From positions 1 through 64,000 of IMG/VR virus record IMGVR_UViG_3300029305_002203: 64,000 bases of DNA. One strand, written 5' to 3'. The notes beneath the pieces are model-generated. The model did no database searches. It had not been told where the DNA came from and saw nothing but the letters and a program-made list of their open reading frames with translations. The position numbers were made by a program, and so were the translations under genes. Source of the DNA: a virus. Lineage: Duplodnaviria; Caudoviricetes. This document shows, in pieces, positions 30,303 to 39,452 of this stretch (position 1 is its first letter; each line of letters starts with the position of its first letter).

Positions 30303-30498
30303 TTTAGATTTTACTTATAGTCCATACGTGAATAGTAAATATACGCAATTCTATGAAAAGTATGGATATCTACCTAAATATTTTAATCCTTATAACTGTA
30401 CAGAGTTGGATGGTTATGCTCCAACTCTTACTTCTCAAGGAGATAGTATTACAAAATCAGGAACAGTGTTGATCATAGAAAAAATTGTCGAAAATTAA
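30295..30498 (+). CDS. stand-alone TRD-like module
   Basis: FNPYNCTELDGYAPTLTSQGDSITKSGTVLIIE, cf. AFNQRVNKSGYSPTLTT in the MTase. Confidence 0.65.
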   Translation: MSDLDFTYSPYVNSKYTQFYEKYGYLPKYFNPYNCTELDGYAPTLTSQGDSITKSGTVLIIEKIVEN

Positions 30499-30522
30499 AC
30501 TAATCAAAATAATAAAAACATA

Positions 30523-30551
30523 TTGACAATAATTATTGCGTGTGTTAATTT
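30523..30551 (+). promoter_or_regulatory. sigmaA-type promoter flanked by operator motifs
   Basis: TTGACA(30523)-17bp-TAATTT with TG extension. Confidence 0.65.
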
Positions 30552-30602
30552 ATAATTAAACTAATCGAAATAATAAAACACAAAGAAACGGAGAGTGATA
30601 TT

Positions 30603-30761
30603 ATGTTATGTCCAAAGTGTAATAGTGCAATGCGCAACACAATGCATTTTGAAAAAGATAAAAGATATCAATTCAATGAGTGTTCAATATGCCATGAAAA
30701 GACTAAAAACAAAAGAATTCATTTTGAAGATATTGTGGAAGAAACTAATAAGAAAAAATAA
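30603..30761 (+). CDS. 52-aa Zn-ribbon protein (not in ORF track)
   Basis: MLCPKC...CSICH; GGAG SD. Confidence 0.6.
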   Translation: MLCPKCNSAMRNTMHFEKDKRYQFNECSICHEKTKNKRIHFEDIVEETNKKK

Positions 30762-30781
30762 TTAAATTAGTTAAAATAATA

Positions 30782-31489
30782 ATGAAAGGTGGTATTGTTA
30801 TCAAAGAAATAATTCAGATGAAGAGAGAGAATAGAATAGCATTGTTTGTTCTTATTGTATGTGCAGTATTATTAGGTATTGATATTTTCGCTACATACAA
30901 AACAAATGAAATAATGAAACAATACAATGAAGTGCATGTGCAACAAGTAGAAACACAAACTTATAAAGCAGTACAAGATACTGAGGTTATAACAATAGAT
31001 ATTGTTGAGATTAAGCGTCAGGAATATGTGACAAAAGTTGAAGAACTTAAGTCTATTGAAGATGAACAAGAAAGATTTGTTGCTTACAAAGAATTATATG
31101 AGGAGTATCTGGAATGGTGTGATTTACCGGAAACGATCTATGACTGTTACTCAGAAGAAGAAATTCTTTTAATTCAGAAAGTTGTTGAGACAGAAACATA
31201 TCAATGTGATTTTATGTCAAAAGTTAATGTAGCAAATGTTGTTTTAAATAGAGTAAAGCATGAAAGTTTCCCTAATACTGTAACAGAAGTAATAACCGCT
31301 GCAAATCAATTTGCTTATGGAAGAAATAAGATTTCAGAAAGTACAGTATTGGCGGTGGAATATGCATTCTTAAATGAAGATACAACAGATGGTGCTTTAT
31401 TTTTCCATAGTAATCCAAAGACAGATACATTTAATGGAGCACAGTATGTTTTTAGTGATGACGCAATTCATCACTTTTATAAAAAGTAG
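30782..31489 (+). CDS. membrane-anchored SleB/Hydrolase_2 cell-wall hydrolase
   Basis: TM helix; VETET...VANVVLNRV...FPNTVTEVI..NQF...GALFF...HHFY. Confidence 0.85.
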   Translation: MKGGIVIKEIIQMKRENRIALFVLIVCAVLLGIDIFATYKTNEIMKQYNEVHVQQVETQTYKAVQDTEVITIDIVEIKRQEYVTKVEELKSIEDEQERFVAYKELYEEYLEWCDLPETIYDCYSEEEILLIQKVVETETYQCDFMSKVNVANVVLNRVKHESFPNTVTEVITAANQFAYGRNKISESTVLAVEYAFLNEDTTDGALFFHSNPKTDTFNGAQYVFSDDAIHHFYKK

Positions 31490-31526
31490 AAACTAATTAA
31501 AATAATAATAAAATAAAGGAGTAAAA

Positions 31527-31772
31527 ATGAAAACAAAATTTTCTGTAAACTTAAACAGCATTATTGCTATTAAAGAATTTGTGAATACCACATCAAAATT
31601 TACATCAGATATTGACATCATTAGCGGAAGATATGTTTGTGATGCAAAGAGTCTTAAGGCTTTATTTTCTTACGATTTATCTCGTCCGGTTGACATTGTT
31701 ATTCATTCAGATAATGAAGAAGAGTTAATTAGATTTGCAGAAGCTATGAAGCCTTACGAGGTAAAGGAGTAA
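31527..31772 (+). CDS. HPr-like protein
   Basis: SGRYVCDAKSL (Ser46-type motif); no His15 motif. Confidence 0.75.
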   Translation: MKTKFSVNLNSIIAIKEFVNTTSKFTSDIDIISGRYVCDAKSLKALFSYDLSRPVDIVIHSDNEEELIRFAEAMKPYEVKE

Positions 31773-31774
31773 GA

Positions 31775-31993
31775 ATGAAAGTAAAAGTTGTAAAAAATAT
31801 TGGATATGATAGCAAATTTGAATTTGGTGCTGAAGGAAATATCTTAGAAGTAAAAGATGGTTGTATTAATAGTCTTAGAGCTGGTTGTTTCTGGGAACAG
31901 TGGTCGCAGCATGAATGTACTATTGAAGCATTAAATAAATATTTTGGAGAAGAAGATCAATTTCAGACAGTATTTGAGTTAGTGGAGGAATAA
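31775..31993 (+). CDS. hypothetical protein
   Basis: ORF with AAGGAG SD. Confidence 0.65.
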   Translation: MKVKVVKNIGYDSKFEFGAEGNILEVKDGCINSLRAGCFWEQWSQHECTIEALNKYFGEEDQFQTVFELVEE

Positions 31994-32671
31994 ATGGGAA
32001 AAGTTATTATTCAGGATTTTACATATAAATATCCGATTCAGATGATTGGTACAGAAGCAGGTGTTTGTTATGGGTCTGATACAACAAATGCAGAGAAGAA
32101 TTATAAGAGAGGAATTGATTGTTTAGAAAATAATCATGGACGTACATGGGAATTCCCTGATGTGTATATGGTTTTAGATGAATACTCGGCAAGAGTTTTC
32201 CGTGAATGGTATACCCACATTGGCGGCTCCCCTACAAGACTTCAAGCATCAACTAGATATATTAATTACCAAAAAGGATTTGATTATTTTACACCACCTT
32301 CTATTCAAAACAATAGTACAGCATTAAAAATTTATGATGAGTTGATGGAACATATTTCTTGTAGTTTAGCAACATTAGAAACACTAGGTATTCCAAGAGA
32401 AGATTCAGCAAACGGACTTCCTTTGGGAATGATGTCAAAGATTGTGTGCAAGCATAATTTTAGAAATTTAGTAGATATGTCTCATCAGAGAGAATGTACT
32501 AGAGCCTATCACGAATATCGAAAATTATTTAAGGATATTTGCAATGCCCTTTCAGAATATTCAGAGGAATGGAAGTATTTAGTTGAAACATATTTTATGC
32601 CTAAATGCGACCAGTATGGATATTGTACAGAGAAAAATTCGTGTGGAAGAAAACCTAAGAAGGGAGAATAA
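31994..32671 (+). CDS. thyX: FAD-dependent thymidylate synthase
   Basis: H.R.WEF, QASTRY, REDSA..LP, NFRNL. Confidence 0.85.
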   Translation: MGKVIIQDFTYKYPIQMIGTEAGVCYGSDTTNAEKNYKRGIDCLENNHGRTWEFPDVYMVLDEYSARVFREWYTHIGGSPTRLQASTRYINYQKGFDYFTPPSIQNNSTALKIYDELMEHISCSLATLETLGIPREDSANGLPLGMMSKIVCKHNFRNLVDMSHQRECTRAYHEYRKLFKDICNALSEYSEEWKYLVETYFMPKCDQYGYCTEKNSCGRKPKKGE

Positions 32672-32674
32672 AAA

Positions 32675-33232
32675 ATGATTCTATTAGTAGGCAAGTCGGC
32701 TGCTGGCAAGGATACAATTCGTAACGAGCTTATTAAATTAAATTATAGACCTGTTGTAAATTATACAACTAGGCCACCAAGAGAAGGCGAGGTTAATGGA
32801 GTTACATATAACTTTATCTCAAAAGAATATTTTATGACAAAAGAATCTGCCGGGGCTTTTGCAGAAACAACTTCTTACAATGTTGCATCTGGAGAGACAT
32901 GGTATTATGGGTCAGCAATTGATGATTTAGCACCTGATAAAGTTATGATTGTTAATCCTGACGGTGTAAAAAAATTAAAGAAGCTTACAAATATTAAGCC
33001 GGTTGTTTTTTACATCTTAGCAAATGAAGAAACTCTTTGGAACAGATTGAGACAACGTGGTGGAGACAATGTGGAAGCACGTAGAAGAATGAATGCAGAT
33101 GATATTGACTTCGCAGATATTAATGATTATGTTGATTTCTCCATAAGAAGTGACATTGGTTTATCAGCAAAAGAAATTGCATTGCTCATTGATGATATTT
33201 ATAGAAAGGTGGATCTATTAGATGAAGAATAA
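32675..33232 (+). CDS. gmk: guanylate/dNMP kinase
   Basis: GKSAAGKD, YTTRPPREGEVNGVTYNF. Confidence 0.9.
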   Translation: MILLVGKSAAGKDTIRNELIKLNYRPVVNYTTRPPREGEVNGVTYNFISKEYFMTKESAGAFAETTSYNVASGETWYYGSAIDDLAPDKVMIVNPDGVKKLKKLTNIKPVVFYILANEETLWNRLRQRGGDNVEARRRMNADDIDFADINDYVDFSIRSDIGLSAKEIALLIDDIYRKVDLLDEE

Positions 33233-33650
33233 GTTTTTGATTTATCTATGTGGTGGAATGACCGGTCTATCTCATGAAGAACAAAACAATTGGCGTTCAT
33301 ATTTAAAAACTGCATTAGAAGAGATTCAGTCTTCTGTATATTGTTATAATCCAGTAGATTACTTCACTGTAGAAGAAGTTAATGATGGTGGAATAGATGT
33401 TCAAAGAAGAGCAATGAATCTGGATTTATATAAATTAAGAACTTCATCGTTAGTGATTTGTAATTTTAACAATCCAAATTCATTAGGAACAATGACAGAA
33501 TTAGCAATTGCACATGATAGAGGTATTCCTATTGTGGGCTTAAATATAAATCACAAACAATTACATCCTTGGTGTGAATTAATGTGTGAGATTATCTTTG
33601 ATTCAATTGAGGATTTAATTTTATATATTTCAAAAATGTATTTTAAATAA
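33222..33650 (+). CDS. nucleoside 2-deoxyribosyltransferase-like protein
   Basis: IYLCGGM, SLGTMTELAIA. Confidence 0.8.
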   Translation: MKNKFLIYLCGGMTGLSHEEQNNWRSYLKTALEEIQSSVYCYNPVDYFTVEEVNDGGIDVQRRAMNLDLYKLRTSSLVICNFNNPNSLGTMTELAIAHDRGIPIVGLNINHKQLHPWCELMCEIIFDSIEDLILYISKMYFK

Positions 33651-33668
33651 CAATAAAGGAGGAAAGAT

Positions 33669-33869
33669 ATGGTTACATTTTATAGTACACATTGCCCCAA
33701 ATGTGCAGTATTAGAAAAGAAATTACAGCAGAATAATATTTCTTATGAAGAAATTAATGATGTTAATGTTATGACACAAAAGGGATATAAATCCGTACCT
33801 ATGCTTGAGGTTGACGGTGTAAGTATGGATTTTAATGAAGCAGTTAAATGGATTAATAATAACAACTAA
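33669..33869 (+). CDS. glutaredoxin/NrdH-like redoxin
   Basis: CPKC, SVPML.VDG. Confidence 0.85.
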   Translation: MVTFYSTHCPKCAVLEKKLQQNNISYEEINDVNVMTQKGYKSVPMLEVDGVSMDFNEAVKWINNNN

Positions 33870-33880
33870 AGGAGAAAACA

Positions 33881-35800
33881 ATGAATATTCCAATTAAAAT
33901 GAATAAAGATTTTGAAAGAGCGTTATCTACTATTGATGCAAAATACGGAGAAGATTTTGAGATTTTAAATGGGTTTCATGAATCTCAGCTCAATTTCTCA
34001 GATTTCATTGATGGTTTTGTTGATAAGAATGTTGCAGATGTAACCATTGATGCAAATGCTAATGCTCATCATAAAGATATCTGTAGTATGTTAGGAGAAA
34101 AAGGTAAGTCTGAAGATAAGCTCTTTGCATTTAATAAGATTTTTTATGAAATGAAAAAGAAATATGGGTTAAGAACAGCAAAAGAATGGTTAGAGACTGA
34201 GTACAATGGTGGCTTCTATCTTCATGATGCTCCAAGCGCAACATATAAGCCATATTGCTATGCTTACGATTTAACAAGATTAGCAACAGAAGGATTGTTC
34301 TTCTTGGAGAATTATAACAATCAAGCACCTGGTCATTTAACTACATTCTTAGATGATGTAATTGAGTTCGTCTCATTCTTTAGTAATAGAAGTTCCGGAG
34401 CTTGTGGTTTACCGAATGTATTATTATGGACATTCTATTTCTGGAAAAAGGATTGTGCAGAAAGCTATTATTTGAAGAATCCAGACTATTATATTAGACA
34501 GTCTTTCCAGAAGTTTATTTATAGATTGAATCAGCCTTTCTTAAGAGTTGATCAATCAGCCTTTGTAAATATTTCGATTTTCGATAGACATTATCTCGAA
34601 GCATTATTTGGTGGGGTGGAATTCCCTGATGGTACATTTGCAATTGATTATATTGATGAATTGTTAGAGCATCAGAAGATTTTCATGGAAGTTGTTTCTG
34701 AGATTAGAAGTTCTAATATGTTTACGTTCCCGGTATTAACTTATAGCCTTCTTTATAAAGATGGTAAGTTCCAGGATGAAGAATTTGCAAGATGGTGTTC
34801 AGACCATAACACTACATGGAATGATAGCAACTTCTTTATGAGTGACAATGTTGGTGTTCTTAGCAACTGCTGTAGACTTCTCTCAGACACCTCTAAACTT
34901 GATGGTTTTATTAATTCTATTGGTGGAACCGCACTGTCAATTGGTTCTGTAAAAGTTAATACTATTAACTTAATGCGTATTGCATATGAAAGTGATTTTG
35001 ATGAAAAGAAATATCTTAACTTATTAAAGAAGAGAACTACATTATGTTGTAAATCACTCGATGTTATCCGTCATATCATTGCTAGGAATGTAGTAAAGGG
35101 ATTACTGCCTAACTATTGTGATGGTGGCATCGAAATGAGTAAGCAATATTGTACATGCGGTATTTTAGGTTTATATGAGGTAATTGAAGCATTTGGATAT
35201 ACAGAGAAAGATGAATTTGGAAATGTATCTTATACAGATAAAGGTATTGAATTTGCTTCAAAGATTTTTGAAGTATTAAATGATGTAAAAGATAATTTTA
35301 CTGATGAGTTCAGCTACAATGTTGAATCTGTTCCTGCGGAACGTGCAGCAGTAATCCTTTGTCAGAAAGACAATCTGCTTTATGAGAAAGATGATAAGTT
35401 TATCTATTCTAATCAGTGGATTCCTCTTTCGGAGAAATGTACAATTCAGGAAAAATTGAGACTTAGTTCTATCCTAGATACTAAATGTTCAGGAGGAGCT
35501 ATCGCACATATTAATCTTGAACAGAACTTCCCTAACAAAGATATGGCATGGGATATGCTCAATATGATTGCCGCATCTGGTGTTATCTATTTTGCATTCA
35601 ACACAAGAATTAATGAATGTGATAATCATCATGGATTTGTTGGAACAGATATTTGTCCGGAATGCGGTCACGGTATTATGGATACTTATCAGAGAATTGT
35701 AGGTTTTCTTGAGCCTGTTCGTGCATACTCTAAGGATAGAAAGAAAGAGTTTGACACAAGACAATGGTATTCATATGCAGATATGAAAGGTGAAATTTAA
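33881..35800 (+). CDS. nrdD: anaerobic (class III) ribonucleotide reductase
   Basis: YLHD, TFPV, SNCCRL, VPAE, glycyl-radical motif RIVGF. Confidence 0.95.
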   Translation: MNIPIKMNKDFERALSTIDAKYGEDFEILNGFHESQLNFSDFIDGFVDKNVADVTIDANANAHHKDICSMLGEKGKSEDKLFAFNKIFYEMKKKYGLRTAKEWLETEYNGGFYLHDAPSATYKPYCYAYDLTRLATEGLFFLENYNNQAPGHLTTFLDDVIEFVSFFSNRSSGACGLPNVLLWTFYFWKKDCAESYYLKNPDYYIRQSFQKFIYRLNQPFLRVDQSAFVNISIFDRHYLEALFGGVEFPDGTFAIDYIDELLEHQKIFMEVVSEIRSSNMFTFPVLTYSLLYKDGKFQDEEFARWCSDHNTTWNDSNFFMSDNVGVLSNCCRLLSDTSKLDGFINSIGGTALSIGSVKVNTINLMRIAYESDFDEKKYLNLLKKRTTLCCKSLDVIRHIIARNVVKGLLPNYCDGGIEMSKQYCTCGILGLYEVIEAFGYTEKDEFGNVSYTDKGIEFASKIFEVLNDVKDNFTDEFSYNVESVPAERAAVILCQKDNLLYEKDDKFIYSNQWIPLSEKCTIQEKLRLSSILDTKCSGGAIAHINLEQNFPNKDMAWDMLNMIAASGVIYFAFNTRINECDNHHGFVGTDICPECGHGIMDTYQRIVGFLEPVRAYSKDRKKEFDTRQWYSYADMKGEI

Positions 35801-36273
35801 TGATTATCAAACAATTACTAGATGAAGATTTTGTAAATTATAAAAAGCCATCTATGTTTATTGGTTCATCAATATGCACTTGGAAATGTGAAAAAGAATG
35901 TGGTGAGCAAGTATGCCAAAATAGCATACTTGCTTCCGCAAATAACATTTATATCAATGATGAATCTTTAGTAAATAGATATATTAATAATTCTATCACA
36001 TCAGCTATTGTTGTAGGTGGCTTAGAACCTCTTGATACATGGGAAGAACTGTATAAACTGATAACTTGTGTAAGGACAAAAACAGATGATGACATTGTTA
36101 TTTATACAGGTTATTACAAAGAAGAGATTCAATCATATATTAATAAATTAAAACAATTCTCAAATATTATTGTTAAATTTGGAAGATATATACCAAATAG
36201 AGAGAAACGCTATGATGAAGTATTAGGTGTATATCTAGCATCAGACAATCAGTATGCAGAAAAAATAAGTTAG
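35800..36273 (+). CDS. nrdG: anaerobic RNR activating enzyme
   Basis: CTWKC...CQN, GGLEP, IYTGY, KFGRY, ASDNQ. Confidence 0.9.
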   Translation: MIIKQLLDEDFVNYKKPSMFIGSSICTWKCEKECGEQVCQNSILASANNIYINDESLVNRYINNSITSAIVVGGLEPLDTWEELYKLITCVRTKTDDDIVIYTGYYKEEIQSYINKLKQFSNIIVKFGRYIPNREKRYDEVLGVYLASDNQYAEKIS

Positions 36274-36283
36274 GAGTAACATT

Positions 36284-36472
36284 TTGAAAGTTGTAGTATC
36301 TGAAAATAAAGAATTGGTAAAAGAGATTAGAGAAAAATTAAAAGACAATGATGGTTATTGCCCATGTTCTTTGGTAAAAAATATCAATACAAGATGTCCT
36401 TGTAAAGAGTTTAGAGAGCAAGAAGATCCAGGAGATTGTCATTGTGGGTTATACATTAAAATCAATGAATAG
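36284..36472 (+). CDS. ferredoxin-thioredoxin reductase catalytic-subunit-like protein
   Basis: YCPC, CPC, CHCGLY motifs. Confidence 0.85.
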   Translation: MKVVVSENKELVKEIREKLKDNDGYCPCSLVKNINTRCPCKEFREQEDPGDCHCGLYIKINE

Positions 36473-36482
36473 GGGTGATTGT

Positions 36483-36815
36483 ATGGTTAAAAGATTACCA
36501 TCTAATAGATATAAAATGACGAACCATTCTAAAGATAATTTAAAAAAAATAGGATTTAAAAAAGTGATAAATGAACCGGATTTATATACTTATAGATTCC
36601 CTGTATATAAATATAACAATATCCCTACAGAATGGTGTGTATTAAATATAGACAGTTCAACTGGCGAAGTTAATATTGATGTAGTTAATAATAGTGGTAA
36701 TTTTTTGTCTGCCTTCTATCAACATATGAGTGGCTTTGATGAATTTATTGAAAAGATTAATTCGAGAATTAAAAATAAGTTATCTAAATTAGGAATAAAG
36801 AAAGTGAAAAAGTAA
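36483..36815 (+). CDS. hypothetical protein
   Basis: ATG 36483 after GGGGTG. Confidence 0.7.
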   Translation: MVKRLPSNRYKMTNHSKDNLKKIGFKKVINEPDLYTYRFPVYKYNNIPTEWCVLNIDSSTGEVNIDVVNNSGNFLSAFYQHMSGFDEFIEKINSRIKNKLSKLGIKKVKK

Positions 36816-36980
36816 ATGGCAGAAAATACAATTACAACAAATGAATGCGAAAAATGTAAATACGGAACGATTGATTATTCAAATAAAGCAAAATTACCTG
36901 TGTATTGCAGCTATAAAAATAAGACTTATGTATATGGTCAAAGAATACCATGTGATTATTATGAGGAGACAAAAGAATAA
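36816..36980 (+). CDS. 54-aa Cys-containing protein (not in ORF track)
   Basis: MAENTITTNECEKCKY...PCDYYEETKE* fills the gap exactly. Confidence 0.6.
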   Translation: MAENTITTNECEKCKYGTIDYSNKAKLPVYCSYKNKTYVYGQRIPCDYYEETKE

Positions 36981-37468
36981 TGTATCTCGTTTTAGGTTTA
37001 ATTAAGATTTTAGATAATATAATCCTTACAGCAAAATCGTTATCTCAATATAAAGGGCAAAAGTTTGTTTCTTCTATATTAGTAATTATTTCTCAGTTGT
37101 TGTTTTATTTAGTTATTAAAGAAGTTATTAATGATAATTCTTTGATGGCAATAATTATTGTTGCTGTTAGTTCCGGAATAGGGAATTATATAGCTTTTAT
37201 AATAAATGATAAATTCAAGAAAGATGATGTTTGGGAGAATACGATTACATCATCAGATAAAGATTTTCTTGTTAATCTTTGTACAATGCTTAGAGAACAT
37301 AAAGTCAAATATCTTCTCTATGAAACACTTAATCGTAGGTTTGAGCAATCATATACTGTGACTGCTTTTACCAAGACAAAAGCAGAGAGTAGATTGATTG
37401 ATGAGTATTTGAAGAATACAAATGTTAGGTATTTAAGAATGATTGATGGCGTAGAAGTAAAAATGTGA
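36980..37468 (+). CDS. membrane protein (DUF5698/DUF2179-like)
   Basis: Three hydrophobic helices, GIGNYI motif, soluble C-domain. Confidence 0.65.
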   Translation: MYLVLGLIKILDNIILTAKSLSQYKGQKFVSSILVIISQLLFYLVIKEVINDNSLMAIIIVAVSSGIGNYIAFIINDKFKKDDVWENTITSSDKDFLVNLCTMLREHKVKYLLYETLNRRFEQSYTVTAFTKTKAESRLIDEYLKNTNVRYLRMIDGVEVKM

Positions 37469-37523
37469 TAAAAAAGGGTAAATAAAAGATAGATTTTATT
37501 GTCAAAAATAAAGGAGAATTATT

Positions 37524-37964
37524 ATGGAAACGATTAAGATTAAAAAAATAAATGAAAATGCAATTATTCCAACAAGAGGAAGTGAATATGCAGCCGGTTA
37601 TGATTTGTATGCCTGTGTTAATGTGCCAACCACTATTCCCGCACATTGCACTGAGAAAATCGGAACTGGATTATCAATTGAAATCCCAAATGGATATTTT
37701 GGAGCTATTTTTGCAAGAAGTGGTTTAGCAACAAAGCAAGGATTAAGACCTGCAAATTGTGTAGGTGTTTGTGACAGCGATTATAGGGGAGAATATATAG
37801 TAGCTTTACATAATGATACAGATGAAGCTAAATTAATTATGCCTAGGGAACGTATAGCACAATTAGTTGTTATGCCATTCTTAGAAGTAGAGTTTGACGA
37901 AGTTAATGAATTAGAAAATACCAAACGTGGAGACGGAGGGTTTGGTAGCACAGGAACAAATTAA
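37524..37964 (+). CDS. dut: trimeric dUTPase
   Basis: AGYDL, ARSGLA, GVCDSDYRGE, RIAQ, RGDGGFGSTG. Confidence 0.95.
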   Translation: METIKIKKINENAIIPTRGSEYAAGYDLYACVNVPTTIPAHCTEKIGTGLSIEIPNGYFGAIFARSGLATKQGLRPANCVGVCDSDYRGEYIVALHNDTDEAKLIMPRERIAQLVVMPFLEVEFDEVNELENTKRGDGGFGSTGTN

Positions 37965-37979
37965 TGGAGTAATTATATT

Positions 37980-38171
37980 ATGGAAGATAAAATGCTTTTA
38001 TCCATAAAAGATATTATGGAAATGACAGGTCTTGGTGAAAAGAAAGTACGTCAAATGTTAAAAAGTCCAACAAGTACATTTACAATTCGTAATGGAAATA
38101 GATTATATGCACACAAAGAGTTGTTTAAAGATTACATAGAGAAGTGTGCAAAGTTCCATTTGACATTGTAA
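37980..38171 (+). CDS. xis: excisionase (HTH)
   Basis: LLSIKDIMEMTGLGEKKVRQM; directly upstream of integrase. Confidence 0.75.
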   Translation: MEDKMLLSIKDIMEMTGLGEKKVRQMLKSPTSTFTIRNGNRLYAHKELFKDYIEKCAKFHLTL

Positions 38172-38246
38172 TTGCGACAATTTATAATTAAAGCATCAAG
38201 AAAATTACCCATAGATATTATTAATAATGAAAGGAAGATAATATAT

Positions 38247-39452
38247 ATGGGAAAAGATCTTAAAGGAAAAGAACTGGGAGTTGGATTAGGTCAAAGAAAG
38301 GACGGTAGATACGAAGCAAGAGCTGTTGTTAATGGTGTGAAAATTGCTTTATATGATTTCAATTTAAGTGAATTAAAAAGAGAGTTTGAAAGAGAAAAAG
38401 AAAAAGCAAAAAGAAGTAACGTTGTTCATTGTCCAGATATTACAGTAATGGAATGGTTTGATGCTTGGTTTGAGCAATACAAAAAGCCGACATTAAAACC
38501 AACCGGTGTAGTAACATATAAAAGAAAATTTGTTAATACATACGGTGAACAATTAGGTTTTGTTAAGGTTAAAGAATTAAATCAATTTGCAATCCAAACT
38601 GCAACATCTGAACTAGTTAATAAAGGTTATAAGTTTAAGTCAATCAGAGATGCATTATCTGTTTTAAAACTTATGTTAGACGCAGCCGTTGGTAATTGTG
38701 TAATTGATAACAACCCGGCATTAGGTATTATTGTACCAACATATGCCGAAACAAAAGAAGAAAGAAGAGTATTAACAAAAGAAGAACAAAAAATGTTTCT
38801 TAATAAAGTGGAGTCTTCTCATTATAAAGAATTATATCAATTTATGTTATCAACAGGTGTTAGAGTTGGTGAAATGGGTGCATTACAATGGTCTGATATT
38901 GACTTTGAAAATGAGTTTGTTAATATAAATCATTCATTAACTTGTCACTATGTTAAAAGTAAAAAAACTCTCATGCTTACAACACCAAAAACAAAAAACT
39001 CTTTTAGAAAAATACCGTTCTTCGGAGAAACAAAACAAATTCTTTTAGCACAAAAAGAAAAACAACAAAATCTTAAAAAGCAGCTTGGTGACAGATGGAG
39101 AGGTTCAGAAGAACTTGGGAATGCAGATTTAGTATTTACATCTTCGATGGGTTCTCCAGTTACTCGTTATGTTTTAGAGCATGATATGAGACAGATATCA
39201 AAAGAAATCAATGCGATAGAATTATATAACGCTTCCAGAGAAGGAAGAAATGCAGTTGCTTTTGACTATATTCACCCTCATGCATTAAGGCACACTTTCG
39301 CTACAAGATGCTTTGAAAAAGGTATGAGTGTGGAGACAGTTCAGAAAATAATGGGACACGCAAATATTAATATGACTATGAGTTACACGCATGTTTTAGA
39401 CGATGTATTGAAACAGGCAGCATCAAATGTGGGTAATTTCTTAGATGCGTAA
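38247..39452 (+). CDS. int: tyrosine integrase with Tn916-type arm-binding N-domain
   Basis: QRKDGRYEAR; TGVRVGE, HALRHTF, MGH, catalytic Y in MSYTH. Confidence 0.93.
   Translation: MGKDLKGKELGVGLGQRKDGRYEARAVVNGVKIALYDFNLSELKREFEREKEKAKRSNVVHCPDITVMEWFDAWFEQYKKPTLKPTGVVTYKRKFVNTYGEQLGFVKVKELNQFAIQTATSELVNKGYKFKSIRDALSVLKLMLDAAVGNCVIDNNPALGIIVPTYAETKEERRVLTKEEQKMFLNKVESSHYKELYQFMLSTGVRVGEMGALQWSDIDFENEFVNINHSLTCHYVKSKKTLMLTTPKTKNSFRKIPFFGETKQILLAQKEKQQNLKKQLGDRWRGSEELGNADLVFTSSMGSPVTRYVLEHDMRQISKEINAIELYNASREGRNAVAFDYIHPHALRHTFATRCFEKGMSVETVQKIMGHANINMTMSYTHVLDDVLKQAASNVGNFLDA

Larger units (their letters stand above)
5710..31508 (+). repeat. 19-bp oriented motif AAACTARTYAAAATAATAA, 20 copies (operator/stoperator-like)
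   Basis: Starts at 5710, 5765, 6427, 6492, 9143, 12244, 12518, 13803, 18347, 19486, 20683, 20789, 24188, 26452, 27527, 29098, 30497, 30558, 30764, 31490. Confidence 0.9.

Noticed and set aside
5710-31508. 19-bp repeats as a CRISPR array, with the PD-(D/E)XK nuclease as Cas4
   Set aside because: Repeats are dispersed over 26 kb with whole genes between them; no regular spacers and no cas1/cas2; the nuclease sits in the replication cluster
20819-35800. Inteins/introns in dnaE, recD2 or nrdD
   Set aside because: ORFs are continuous and of ordinary length, with no C...HN intein ends; dnaE has only a short acidic insertion in the PHP domain
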